From: Bacteroidales bacterium
Lineage (GTDB): Bacteria > Bacteroidota > Bacteroidia > Bacteroidales > VadinHA17
Length of the DNA: 64,000 nucleotides
NCBI GenBank assembly: GCA_034002785.1
Contig: JAVEZX010000002.1
Location: 1,526-65,525 of the forward strand
Direction: 5' to 3'
The position numbers and the translations under genes were made by a program. Positions within the stretch are counted from its first letter, which is position 1; every line of letters begins with the position of its first letter. Shown one piece after another: positions 36,365 to 45,941 of the stretch. Under the pieces are notes generated by a model. The model was not told where the DNA came from, made no database searches, and was given only the letters and a program-made list of their open reading frames with translations.

Positions 36365-37243
36365 TCATCTCTTCAATTCCTCAAATCCCCTTCCGTAAAC
36401 TCCCATGACGTTCGCCACGGTGATAAATGCCTTGTCATCAATATGTTTTATGATGCGGTACAAGTCACTCGCCTCATTCTTTCTCACCAGTGTGATGATC
36501 ACCTTCTGGTTTTCCTTTGTGTACCAGCCAGTTCCTTCAACCACAGTAACTCCCCTGTGCAGCTTTTGGGTTATCTGATCAGCTATCGTGTCAAAATGTC
36601 TTGAGAATATAAATACCTGAACTGACTGCCTGTTACCCGAGAGTATTGTGTCAAGGGTATAGGCCTGAATGGCCATGGTAACAAAACCGTATACCATGGT
36701 CTCAACCCTCTGAGCCGGCTCAAGGTCTGTGAGTATCAGATAAGATGAACCAATTATGATGACGTCACAGTAGAGTATAACCCTTCCGAGGCTGATATTG
36801 CGGTATTTGGTAACTATCATTGCTATGATGTCCGTCCCTCCGGTGCTGCCCCCCTGGGTAAAGATGATGGCCAGTCCCACCCCGCACAGACCTCCTCCGA
36901 TCAGTGCTGACATGAATTTCTCCTGTACTACGGCATCAGGGATCAGCGGCTGCAGCACAGACAACATAGCAGCGCCAAGCAGAATCCCGTAGATCGATTT
37001 GATTCCGAATCCGGCCCCTAATATCTTCAGTCCTATGATTATAAGTACTACGTTTATTGCGAAGTAGGTGTATCCCATCGGTATACCGGTGGCATAGAAG
37101 ATGATGGCGGCAAGCCCTGACACGCCACTGCCCGATATCTGGTGCGGAAGCAGAAATGCGGTCCATGCCAGGGAGAATATCAGCAGACCAAGTGCTATCA
37201 CAACATAGGTCCTGATGCTGTCAACAATCGTACGTAGTACCAT
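36365..37243 (-). CDS. YitT-family membrane protein (DUF2179 C-terminal domain)
   Basis: 292 aa. N-terminal TM region (VVIALGLLIFSLAWTAFLLPHQISGSGVSGLAAIIFY, GGSTGGTDIIAMIV). The C-terminal soluble domain is characteristic of YitT (VTVVEGTGWYTKENQKVIITLVRKNE...IDDKAFITVANVMGVYGRGF). Confidence 0.8.
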   Translation of the reverse strand: MVLRTIVDSIRTYVVIALGLLIFSLAWTAFLLPHQISGSGVSGLAAIIFYATGIPMGYTYFAINVVLIIIGLKILGAGFGIKSIYGILLGAAMLSVLQPLIPDAVVQEKFMSALIGGGLCGVGLAIIFTQGGSTGGTDIIAMIVTKYRNISLGRVILYCDVIIIGSSYLILTDLEPAQRVETMVYGFVTMAIQAYTLDTILSGNRQSVQVFIFSRHFDTIADQITQKLHRGVTVVEGTGWYTKENQKVIITLVRKNEASDLYRIIKHIDDKAFITVANVMGVYGRGFEELKR

Positions 37244-37261
37244 AAGCAGTTAAAATTCGCG

Positions 37262-37269
37262 CAAAGGTA
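37262..37269 (-). promoter_or_regulatory. Candidate -7 promoter box (TACCTTTG on the minus strand) for the YitT-family gene
   Basis: The reverse complement of caaaggta matches TAnnTTTG, 19 nt upstream of the ATG at 37243. Confidence 0.35.
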
Positions 37270-37475
37270 GATCGCAGACGCCTTATTACCAAACGATGGT
37301 GCATTAAGAATACCGGCCGGTGATCACCCTGTAATAATATCTGATTCCATATGGCACGCACTCCCGATTGCCATTTCCGGACTTCACGACATTAATCATC
37401 AGATTATACCACAGGGCACTCCCGGTAATTTTCCGGGAGAGCCTGATGTTTGTTAAACTTACCGGGAGGAACGCG

Positions 37476-38297
37476 TTACTGTCCCTGGCGGAATTGAAGA
37501 TCGCGCAGGGCGATGTTGTACTCATTTCCCTTTTGAGAGTATGAGATCTCATACTTCATCGGGTACCATCCATCCCTTTTAAAGGATGCCGGCTGCGGAA
37601 GGTTAATCACCTCATTAGGAAGGGTCAGGAGGTAATCACGGGTCATCATCGGCTCCCAGAATACAAATTCCCCGTCATACGAGCCCCAGATGAATGTTCT
37701 GGTAAAAGTTGCCCCGCCCAGCTCAGGCGAGGCCCCGTCGAGCCAGTGCACACCCATAAACGGTACGAATCCCGGCGCAGGGAAATACCCCGGCGGAACG
37801 TATCCCGGAGCAGGGAGATTCCCGAATTCGGCCAGCTTGTCCGGAGTCATTGCAAGCCGTTCCTCATCAGGAATGGTGTAGAAGTGCACGTCGAAGTGTG
37901 GCAATCCGTAGATTTGAGGAGGTTCATGCCCCTGCGGATTCCAGTCGAGCATCACGAAGGTGTAGAAGCCTTTCCCTCTGTTCTCCGGCAGTTCCATGAC
38001 AAACCCCGTCATGTCATCAGGAAGGTTGTTCAGGGCCTCTGCAGAGATGGTCAGCCCTACAGATGTCGGCTCACCATTCCTGTCCTCCGTTATCCATGCC
38101 TGTGCCCTCCCGTTTCCGATATGCCGTGCACTGCTGTAAAATGTCCGTTCAGGCCTGGCGCTGTTTTCAAGCGCCTTGCCATTTTTTAGATCAACTGCGG
38201 ATTCAATGACAAATCCGTCCTCCTTCTGACAAGCCTGAAGAAATGCAAATACACCGGCTGCCAGCAATAGCGCTAGTACTCTGCTAGTTCTTTTCAT
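37476..38297 (-). CDS. Lipoprotein of unknown function
   Basis: Lipobox (FLQAC), 273 aa. Conserved-looking His-containing motifs are present (GLPHFDVHFY, FMGVHWLD). I cannot assign a family with confidence. Confidence 0.55.
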   Translation of the reverse strand: MKRTSRVLALLLAAGVFAFLQACQKEDGFVIESAVDLKNGKALENSARPERTFYSSARHIGNGRAQAWITEDRNGEPTSVGLTISAEALNNLPDDMTGFVMELPENRGKGFYTFVMLDWNPQGHEPPQIYGLPHFDVHFYTIPDEERLAMTPDKLAEFGNLPAPGYVPPGYFPAPGFVPFMGVHWLDGASPELGGATFTRTFIWGSYDGEFVFWEPMMTRDYLLTLPNEVINLPQPASFKRDGWYPMKYEISYSQKGNEYNIALRDLQFRQGQ

Positions 38298-38549
38298 AAT
38301 TGGAAAATTTAGATAATTCCTACTCTTATGGCTTTTCAGTTCTGCCCCGGTTTTGATGTGGTTTTCCGGTTACACAATGAAATTGAAACATGTTTCTGAT
38401 TAAAAGGAACAAAATTGAATTTAAAATGTTCAATGCGGTCAGACAATCAGAAACAATTGAGAATCAGGTCATACAAACATGATAGCATGAAGCCCCTTCT
38501 AATCAGATATTCCTTCAATATGAGACCCGGGGAGGAGACCGGAAGCAAC

Positions 38550-39404
38550 CTATTGGATGGTCAGTATTCCATCAGCACGTATCTCGCCGAGCCATACCCT
38601 CGCACCCTGCTGGAAGAGCTCGTCAAAATCCACCTGGAATGACAGGCCCGGATATTCAAATGATGCCCTGTATTCGCCGGGTTGCAGCGGCGTTCCGAGT
38701 GTATATACAAAAGTAAATTCTCTCGATTCTCCCGAATCAAGCCTGGTCAGCCATTCCATGCTCCAGCTGTTCCAGGGTTGAGGCGCTGCTGGCTGAATGT
38801 TATCTGCAAACACCTCCTCATTGTTGTCCCGTCCGTAGAGGTACAGTCCGTTTGTAAAATACCTGAACAGGCCAGGTCCGGTCTTATCCGGATCAAGAAT
38901 GAGCAGGTCGGTCTGATCCATATTCGTCAGGGTGAAACTGAAGACCAGCTCAGAGCCGGCCACGGATGCCTCAACTGAAGATACAGCCAGCCCGGAATGC
39001 AAAAGGCCATGCTTGTTCAGCAGATCTGTAAGCCTGCTGTTGTTCAGCATTGAGCTCTGGTCATGTGACCATGACTGGATTTTCAGAGCATACCTCTGAA
39101 GCGCAAGGGGAGCAGTCATAATTACCGGACCGTTCGGGATTGAACTGAGATAACCGGGCCAGAATTCACCGGAGAGAACAGGTTCACCCTTATCATAAAA
39201 GGCGAAGGTGCCTCTTTCTATGTCATCAAACTCACTGTGGATGTGCTTCAGATAAAGAATGTGTGCTGAGGTGTCATAGAGACTTATATCGTCAGCTGAA
39301 AACTCAGTTTTACCGTTTATTACGAAAAGGGAATCTCTGCCGATCTTATCACATGAGCTCAGGATTAAGAGAGCAATCATCCATGAAATCAGGGAGTTTT
39401 TCAT
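38550..39404 (-). CDS. Lipoprotein of unknown function
   Basis: I chose the start at MKNSLISWMIALLILSSC (lipobox; ATG at 39404..39402) rather than the track's 39455. 284 aa, no recognisable catalytic motifs. Confidence 0.5.
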   Translation of the reverse strand: MKNSLISWMIALLILSSCDKIGRDSLFVINGKTEFSADDISLYDTSAHILYLKHIHSEFDDIERGTFAFYDKGEPVLSGEFWPGYLSSIPNGPVIMTAPLALQRYALKIQSWSHDQSSMLNNSRLTDLLNKHGLLHSGLAVSSVEASVAGSELVFSFTLTNMDQTDLLILDPDKTGPGLFRYFTNGLYLYGRDNNEEVFADNIQPAAPQPWNSWSMEWLTRLDSGESREFTFVYTLGTPLQPGEYRASFEYPGLSFQVDFDELFQQGARVWLGEIRADGILTIQ

Positions 39405-39556
39405 AACTACGACGGAATTGGTTAGACGGAGAATTTCGCTCAAATTCCATGCCAACCTGCAGGCTATAACAGTGAAATTACCCGCTCCTGTTTCTGCAAC
39501 CGGCTCTGCAGTTTAGTCGTCTCCTTTTTTTTATACTGCAATACAGGGGTTACAAT

Positions 39557-39564
39557 TATCTTTG
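39557..39564 (+). promoter_or_regulatory. Candidate -7 promoter box TATCTTTG for the DUF2264-like gene
   Basis: Matches TAnnTTTG, 43 nt upstream of the ATG at 39608. Confidence 0.35.
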
Positions 39565-39607
39565 TCTGCTGATCAATATGAATGTCATTTCATAAGAAAC
39601 ACCAGAA

Positions 39608-41662
39608 ATGAAAAGGAAATTTGAAGTTGAGGACCCGGATCTGAACCTGAGTCCCTTTACGGGGATGACGAAGAGGCATTATATCGAACTGGCGAAATAC
39701 CTGCTGGAGCGAGCTTTCACACATGTCAAGTCCATCAGTGACCCCCTCACCTTCCCGATAGTACCGGGCAAGAGTTATCCACAGGAGGGATCACCTGACT
39801 GGCGGTTCCGGTCGCTGGAGTTCGAGGCCCTTGAGAGGACCTTCACACTTGCCGGGCCCCTCATCCACGTAAACCCTGACACAGAGATAAAAGGAATCAG
39901 GCTGCGTGATTACTACAAGTTGCACCTCTACAACGCCCTCACACCGGGTCACGCCAACTCCCTTCCGATGCCGGAAGACCTACCCGACTCTACCTACCAG
40001 TTCACATGTGAATTCGGGGGGCTCTTCAAGACGCTTTTACTGATGCCTGACACTCTCTGGTCTGCATATACACAAAAGGAGAAGGACGAAATGGCCGTCG
40101 CCATCTCAAGATGGGGGCATCACCGAACAACCCAGAACAACTGGCGTATCTTCAACATCGTGACCCTCTCCTTCCTGAAGAAACACGGGTACGACATTGA
40201 TGATGAAGCCCTTAAGAGTCATCTCCTCTGGGTGGCCTCCTACCACTCAGGCAACGGCTGGTACCTGGAGCAGACCTACAATTACTATTCTATAAGCCTC
40301 TTCATTGTCTACACCACAATCTGGTGCAGGGCTTTCGGCGACGAGTATTACCCTGAGATTGCGGTTGTCATAGAGCGTTCTGCCCAGAAGCTGATGGAGT
40401 CAATAACCTCCTTCTTCGGCCGTGACGGATACATCAACATGTGGTCAAGGAGCATCTGTTACCGCACATGGGTCTCGGGCGCCTTCCCGGTGGCTTTCAT
40501 GCTGAAGGACAGGGAACTGATTGATCCGGGCTTCGCACGCAGGCTTTGCTCGGGATCACTGCTGCAGTTCACATCCCGTGAGGACTTTTATCACAATGAC
40601 ATTCCCAGCCTCGGCTTTTACGGCCGCAGGGAGTACATGATCCAGAACTACAGCTGCCCTGCCAGCCCCTTCATAATGTTTCTTCCGTTCATCTGCCTGG
40701 CCCTGCCGGACGATTCTCCATTCTGGACTGAACGAGAGAATGAGGGTTTCTGGCCGGAACTGAATGACAGAACACAGATAACGGTCCTCGAGAATCCAGG
40801 CCTGGTGCTGACCAATCACGGATTGACAGGCACCTCGGAGATCATTCCGGGAAAGGTCTTTTATGATGACCCAAACTACTCGAAGCTGGTCTATAACACC
40901 CATTTTCCCTGGGAGGATCATGATACCCGGGGAGGCACTTCAATGGAGTACAGTTTCAGGAGCCTTGACCCCAGGGACGTAAGGGGTGATGACATCAATT
41001 TCTACCTCACCGGGGCCACCCTGGAAAACACCTCCGACAAAAGCCGGTTCTTTTCAACCTCGCAAAGCATGGTCTTCAACGGCGTGCGTGACGGTGTGCT
41101 TTACAGGCAGGCGCTGATGAGAAGGCCGCCAAACAACGGGGTGGGCTATATCATAGATCTTGCAGACATAATCATTCCGGGAGGGGTGATACGGGTTGAC
41201 CGGAGCCGGATGGCATTCGAGCATGAGCTGACACTTGGTCACTTCGGCCTGCCCCATCCGGACGGAAAGCCGGCGGAGGTACAAAGCTTCGAAAAGGACG
41301 GCAGGAAAGTGATCACCGCCTCAATAAAGGGGAGACGGTTAGCCCTGATAACATATTCAGGCTGGGACAGCGTTGGTTCACTTATTCATACAAACCATAA
41401 TGCCGAGAGTGACGAGAGTACGGTGATTTATGCTTCCCGGAAACGTACATCCAAAAATCCGCCCATGGAACTCATGGTCTCCGTTCTTCTCCACCGTACT
41501 GACGACTGCGAATGGAGCCCTGAAGAGCTTGATCCGGTCAGGGAGATCAGGATAATGGATGTGACTCCGCTCTTTACTCCGCTTGGAGCCGAAGTCACAC
41601 TGAGGGATGACACCCTCTACAGGATCTATTTTGAGGAGATTGACGGCAACCGTCGCACATGA
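39608..41662 (+). CDS. DUF2264-like protein (uncharacterised, putatively glycan-active) with a long C-terminal extension
   Basis: 684 aa with no signal peptide. The N-terminal region (PFTGMTKRHYIELAKYLLERAF...LEFEALERTFTLAGPLI...WRIFNIV...SGNGWYLE) resembles the DUF2264 pattern as I remember it. The assignment is tentative. Confidence 0.4.
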   Translation: MKRKFEVEDPDLNLSPFTGMTKRHYIELAKYLLERAFTHVKSISDPLTFPIVPGKSYPQEGSPDWRFRSLEFEALERTFTLAGPLIHVNPDTEIKGIRLRDYYKLHLYNALTPGHANSLPMPEDLPDSTYQFTCEFGGLFKTLLLMPDTLWSAYTQKEKDEMAVAISRWGHHRTTQNNWRIFNIVTLSFLKKHGYDIDDEALKSHLLWVASYHSGNGWYLEQTYNYYSISLFIVYTTIWCRAFGDEYYPEIAVVIERSAQKLMESITSFFGRDGYINMWSRSICYRTWVSGAFPVAFMLKDRELIDPGFARRLCSGSLLQFTSREDFYHNDIPSLGFYGRREYMIQNYSCPASPFIMFLPFICLALPDDSPFWTERENEGFWPELNDRTQITVLENPGLVLTNHGLTGTSEIIPGKVFYDDPNYSKLVYNTHFPWEDHDTRGGTSMEYSFRSLDPRDVRGDDINFYLTGATLENTSDKSRFFSTSQSMVFNGVRDGVLYRQALMRRPPNNGVGYIIDLADIIIPGGVIRVDRSRMAFEHELTLGHFGLPHPDGKPAEVQSFEKDGRKVITASIKGRRLALITYSGWDSVGSLIHTNHNAESDESTVIYASRKRTSKNPPMELMVSVLLHRTDDCEWSPEELDPVREIRIMDVTPLFTPLGAEVTLRDDTLYRIYFEEIDGNRRT

Positions 41663-41671
41663 GAGGCGTCA

Positions 41672-42625
41672 TCAGCTGAACAGGTTCAGGCTGAGGAGTA
41701 TCAGCGGGAGGGTAATAATGCTGAATATTGTTGATATAAAGACATTTGCCGTTGCCGTGCCGTCATCCTCCCCAAGTATGTTAACCATTATCACCACGTT
41801 TACCATGCATGGCATTGCCGCCTGCATCAGCATCACTGATACAACCTCCTTGCGGAGCACTCCGGGGAAGAGCATGTTGAACAGAATGAACAGCCCGAGC
41901 AGCAGCATCGGTACCAGCAGCAGTCTGTTGAAAGAGAGCAGGTAGGCATTCCTGTTCCTGATCATCTTCTTCCCGTCGGCAAACCAGATTACAGAAGCAA
42001 TGAATATCATTGACAGCCATGTGTTGGTCTTGCCCAGCGCCCCAACTGAATCAAGTACAAACTGCGGAAGCTTCACAGAGAAGAGAAACAGGGTAAACCC
42101 CGTAAGAATAGCTATTGTATTGATATTGAATATTCTTCGCAGCCCGTCCTTAAGACTGAACGACTTGCCGGGGGTGATGATTGCCACACCCAGGGTCCAC
42201 ATCAGGATGTTGGAAACCAGCACGAACAGGCTACCGTATAGCAGTCCCTCCTGCCCGAACTGAACCGCAATAACCGGCAATCCGAGGTAGATTATGTTTC
42301 CCAGCATGCTGTGCAAACGGAAGATGGAGGCATGGCCTCCCTCAATCTTAAAGATCCGGGTGGTAAGCCATCCGGCGAAGAGCATGAAGAGCATTGTCAG
42401 GGCGGCGAGAAGAAGCGTCTGAAGGCTGTTCGCAAGCAGCCTGGGGGTGACCTCTATGGCGCTGAAGCTTGTAAGCAGCATGGAGGGAAGAGTAACGTAA
42501 AAGATCAGCTTTGCAAGGAAATCCTTTGTGCCGGCGGTGATCACTTTTGCGCGGCAGGCCAGGAGACCTATCACTACTACAGTTGCCAGGATGCCGATCT
42601 GCCGAAGTATCAGGAGTGAGGTCAT
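41672..42625 (-). CDS. AEC (auxin efflux carrier) family membrane transporter
   Basis: I chose the start at MTSLLILRQIGILATVVVIGLLA (ATG at 42625..42623; 318 aa, the normal AEC length) rather than the track's 42805. About 10 TM segments. FYVTLPSMLLTSF and the C-terminal half repeat are typical of the family. Confidence 0.65.
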   Translation of the reverse strand: MTSLLILRQIGILATVVVIGLLACRAKVITAGTKDFLAKLIFYVTLPSMLLTSFSAIEVTPRLLANSLQTLLLAALTMLFMLFAGWLTTRIFKIEGGHASIFRLHSMLGNIIYLGLPVIAVQFGQEGLLYGSLFVLVSNILMWTLGVAIITPGKSFSLKDGLRRIFNINTIAILTGFTLFLFSVKLPQFVLDSVGALGKTNTWLSMIFIASVIWFADGKKMIRNRNAYLLSFNRLLLVPMLLLGLFILFNMLFPGVLRKEVVSVMLMQAAMPCMVNVVIMVNILGEDDGTATANVFISTIFSIITLPLILLSLNLFS

Positions 42626-42812
42626 GGACAGGGTATAAGCGGTTAAGGTTATATGAGGCTCCGGGAAAAACCCCGGCAAAGATAACGAGCAAAAAGCGAA
42701 ACGAAGAAACCGGAAATACTTTATCCATGAAATAGTTTTGTTAAATTTGAACGGCAACCTGTTCAGGCCTGGCAGAAGACCCGGAGGAACAGCATAATTT
42801 TTCAATTATCCC

Positions 42813-43490
42813 ATGAAGATACTCATCATTGAAGACGAACCCAGGGTAGCCTCTTTCATCAAGGAAGGGCTTGAGGAGAAGGAGTATGAGACCATGGTGG
42901 CGTATGACGGACTCGCCGGTGAACAGGCTGCGTTGCTCGAGTCAATAGACCTGGTTATACTTGATCTGATCCTTCCCGGCAAAGGGGGAATCGACGTCTG
43001 CCGCTCAGTCAAGGAGAAGAAGCCTGACCTGCCCATCCTGATGCTGACAGCAATGAGCACTACCGTTGACAAGGTCAAGGGGTTCGATGCCGGTGCCGAT
43101 GATTACCTCGTCAAACCTTTCGACTTTCCCGAGCTGCTGGCCCGTATCAAATCGCTTCTTAAAAGACGAAGCGTGGCAAGGCATCAGCCGGAATCGCTTC
43201 GCGTAGCCAACCTTGAGCTGGATCTGAGGAGAAAAGTGGCCATTCGCGCAGGTCATACCATCGAACTGACAGCCAAGGAGTTTGCACTGCTGGAATACTT
43301 TATGAGCAACAGTGGTAAGGTTCTGTCCCGGTCTGACATCTCCGAAAAGGTCTGGGATATAACCTATGACACCGGAACGAATATCGTTGAGGTCTATGTA
43401 AATATCCTGCGAAAGAAGATAGACAGGGACTATGAACCCAAGCTCATACATACAAGGGTTGGATTAGGATATATTCTCACCGATTCATAA
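42813..43490 (+). CDS. OmpR-family response regulator
   Basis: The receiver domain reads MKILIIEDE...LVILDLILPG...LMLTA...DDYLVKPF. The winged-helix effector domain reads LELDLRRKVAIRAGHTIELTAKEFALLEYF...RVGLGYIL. Confidence 0.95.
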   Translation: MKILIIEDEPRVASFIKEGLEEKEYETMVAYDGLAGEQAALLESIDLVILDLILPGKGGIDVCRSVKEKKPDLPILMLTAMSTTVDKVKGFDAGADDYLVKPFDFPELLARIKSLLKRRSVARHQPESLRVANLELDLRRKVAIRAGHTIELTAKEFALLEYFMSNSGKVLSRSDISEKVWDITYDTGTNIVEVYVNILRKKIDRDYEPKLIHTRVGLGYILTDS

Positions 43491-44858
43491 ATGAAGATAA
43501 GGCAAAAACTGACGCTTCAGTTCTTCCTGATGGCCAGCGTGATTCTGCTGCTGTTTTCACTGGCGGTATATGTAGCCTCAGCCACCTACCGGAGAGACGA
43601 TTTCTACCAGCGTCTTGAGAGCAGGGCTATCAGCACCGCAAGACTCCTGATTGAGGTTGATGAGATTGACACTGATCTTCTTACAAAGATCGAAGAAGAC
43701 AACCCGGTTTCTCTCCCTGATGAGAAGATTATCATCTTCAATTACAAGAATGAGATTCTCTATTCTACTGATACCAGGAACGTCATTATTTATGATGATG
43801 ACCTGCTGACAAGGATCAGGACCTCGGGCGCTGTACGCACCACCAGCGGGCGGTATGAGCTGCTGGGGATACTCTTTCCCGAGGAGTTCAACCGTTTTGT
43901 GGTTCTCAGTGCAGCACGCGACATATACGGGTTTGACAAGATGAAGAACCTGAGGGTGATATTATTGCTTCTGACCAGTCTTTTCCTGCTTCTCTTCTAC
44001 CCGGCCGGATGGCTCTTTGCCGCACGGTCGCTCTCCCCCATATCAAAGGTTGTGGAGCGTGTGGAGGAGATCTCAATCACCAGTCTCGACCTGAGGGTTG
44101 ATGAGGGCAACGGCAGGGATGAGCTTGCTCACCTGGCTCATACTTTCAACCGGATGCTTGAACGTCTTGAGACAGCATTCGAAGTACAGAAGGATTTTAT
44201 CTCGAATGCATCACACGAGCTACGGACGCCGCTTACGGCGGTTACCGGGCAGCTTGAGGTGCTGCTGATGAAGGAGCGGCCGGAGAGGGAATACCGGGAG
44301 GCGACTGAAGCAGTCCTTGAAGACATAAAAAAACTTAATCGCCTGCTGGACAGGCTGCTGCTGATGGCTCATGCAAGCTCCGAGGGAGCAACTGCAGGCT
44401 TCAGCGATGTACGGATCGATGAGACCCTGTGGGAGGCAAGGGAAGAGATTATCAAGCACGCGAAGGAATACACGGTGAACATTGCCCTTGATGAAACAAT
44501 CTCTGACATTGAAAACCTGACAATTCACGGTGATGATCAACTGCTTCTGTCAGCCATCATCAATATAATGGAGAACGGATGCAAGTACTCGCCCGATAAA
44601 ACCGTAAGGGTATATCTGACACATGACAGCCGGAACATCCTGGTACGGTTCAGTGACAACGGTCCGGGAATAGCCGAGGAAGAGATGGAGCGCATCTTTG
44701 AATCTTTTTACCGCAGCAAACTGACATCCTCAGTCAGGGGTCACGGCATAGGGCTCTCCCTGGCAAAGAAGATTATAGACATTCACCATGGTGAGATCAG
44801 CGTGGCATCAATTCCCGGAGAGGGAACAACAATCACCCTCGCCCTTCCGGCTGAGTAA
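43491..44858 (+). CDS. Sensor histidine kinase (2 TM, HAMP, HisKA, HATPase_c)
   Basis: The ATG abuts the regulator's stop codon. H-box FISNASHELRTPL. N-box MENGCKYSP. G-boxes DNGPGI and GHGIGLSL. The C-terminus reads GEGTTITLALP. Confidence 0.95.
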   Translation: MKIRQKLTLQFFLMASVILLLFSLAVYVASATYRRDDFYQRLESRAISTARLLIEVDEIDTDLLTKIEEDNPVSLPDEKIIIFNYKNEILYSTDTRNVIIYDDDLLTRIRTSGAVRTTSGRYELLGILFPEEFNRFVVLSAARDIYGFDKMKNLRVILLLLTSLFLLLFYPAGWLFAARSLSPISKVVERVEEISITSLDLRVDEGNGRDELAHLAHTFNRMLERLETAFEVQKDFISNASHELRTPLTAVTGQLEVLLMKERPEREYREATEAVLEDIKKLNRLLDRLLLMAHASSEGATAGFSDVRIDETLWEAREEIIKHAKEYTVNIALDETISDIENLTIHGDDQLLLSAIINIMENGCKYSPDKTVRVYLTHDSRNILVRFSDNGPGIAEEEMERIFESFYRSKLTSSVRGHGIGLSLAKKIIDIHHGEISVASIPGEGTTITLALPAE

Positions 44859-44966
44859 TTTGGTCCCAATCTGAAACGAAACTAAGACCCCTATCTTTTT
44901 TTCTGAAATTCCCTGATTTCAAACCACTTGATGCCTGATATCATTTGTAATCAGGGAATAATTATA

Positions 44967-44974
44967 TATATTTG
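44967..44974 (+). promoter_or_regulatory. Candidate -7 promoter box TATATTTG for the beta-barrel/lipoprotein pair
   Basis: Matches TAnnTTTG, 52 nt upstream of the ATG at 45027. It is followed by a short palindrome GATGCA-cacta-TGCATC. Confidence 0.35.
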
Positions 44975-45026
44975 TCTCTGGATGCACACTATGCATCAGG
45001 TCTGTACTACATAAAGTCGTTTAATC

Positions 45027-45941
45027 ATGAAGCTAAATCTGCTGATTGTATTGTGCCTTGCCGGATTTGTCACCGGGCTTTCAGGGCAGGACAGGATCAT
45101 AACACGCAGTAATGACACCATTGACTGCAGGATCGACCGGATCACACGAAGCGAAATTCATTTTGAGCTTATTACCCGTGGAGTGAAGACCACGGGACGC
45201 TTACCCATGGGTGAGGTACTCAGTTACTCTGTCGCCCCTGCCGCACTTCCGGTGCAGGAATACAAGCCTTCAAAGACCGGGCTCGCCGGGACTCTCCGGA
45301 TCGGGCTGAACGGCGGGATGGGTTACATCACAAGCAGCACTGAAGCGGCAGAGGAGGCAATGATCAGCCTGGGCCTGTTGCCATCTGCTTCCGGGAACTA
45401 TTACTCTAACCTCAAATCCGGATGGTACGGCAGTGCTGATGCAACCTGGCTCTTCAACGGGAGGTACGGGGCGGGCCTTAAGTACAAATTCTTCTTTACC
45501 GGAGCCTCCACGGAAGGGTATTTCCTTCCCGAGGACCCGCTGAACCTTTATTATTCCTCATACAGTGAGAACATGTATGTTAACTATGGTGGTGTATCAA
45601 TTTTCTACATGGAACCGATAGGTAATAAAGGAAAATTCAGCCTCTTCTCCAGCTTCTCAGGCGGTATAACACTCTATCGTAACGAAATGGAGTTTATGGC
45701 CGAGAACGTTCTTATAACCGGAAGAGCACCCGGCATGGACGGTACCATCGGTTTTGAGTATGATATCACCCCGTTTTTTTCAGCAGGAGCGGAAGCCTCA
45801 GTGTTTGCTTCAAGACTAAAAAAAATAAATCTCACAAACGGGGTGGAAGAGCAGACTCAGGAGCTGGATGAGGAAACCTATGAGAACCTCTCAAGACTGG
45901 AGGTTTCTGTCGGAATCAGATTTAAACTGTGGAACAGATGA
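45027..45941 (+). CDS. Outer-membrane beta-barrel protein of unknown function
   Basis: Signal peptide present. A small N-terminal domain reads DRIITRSNDTIDCRIDRITRSEIHFEL. It is followed by alternating-hydrophobicity strands rich in aromatic residues and Gly. The C-terminus has an aromatic near its end (VGIRFKLWNR). Confidence 0.55.
   Translation: MKLNLLIVLCLAGFVTGLSGQDRIITRSNDTIDCRIDRITRSEIHFELITRGVKTTGRLPMGEVLSYSVAPAALPVQEYKPSKTGLAGTLRIGLNGGMGYITSSTEAAEEAMISLGLLPSASGNYYSNLKSGWYGSADATWLFNGRYGAGLKYKFFFTGASTEGYFLPEDPLNLYYSSYSENMYVNYGGVSIFYMEPIGNKGKFSLFSSFSGGITLYRNEMEFMAENVLITGRAPGMDGTIGFEYDITPFFSAGAEASVFASRLKKINLTNGVEEQTQELDEETYENLSRLEVSVGIRFKLWNR

Noticed and set aside
37304-37552. 82-aa minus-strand ORF in the YitT / lipoprotein intergenic region, and a 94-aa ORF at 48322-48606
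   Set aside because: Neither has motifs. Both overlap neighbouring gene ends or promoter regions and have odd composition. There is no support for coding.
42626-42805. 60-codon N-terminal extension of the AEC transporter ORF
   Set aside because: The extension is not typical of the family and would consume the whole divergent promoter region up to 7 nt from the response-regulator ATG. The Met at 42625 gives the normal ~318-aa AEC length.
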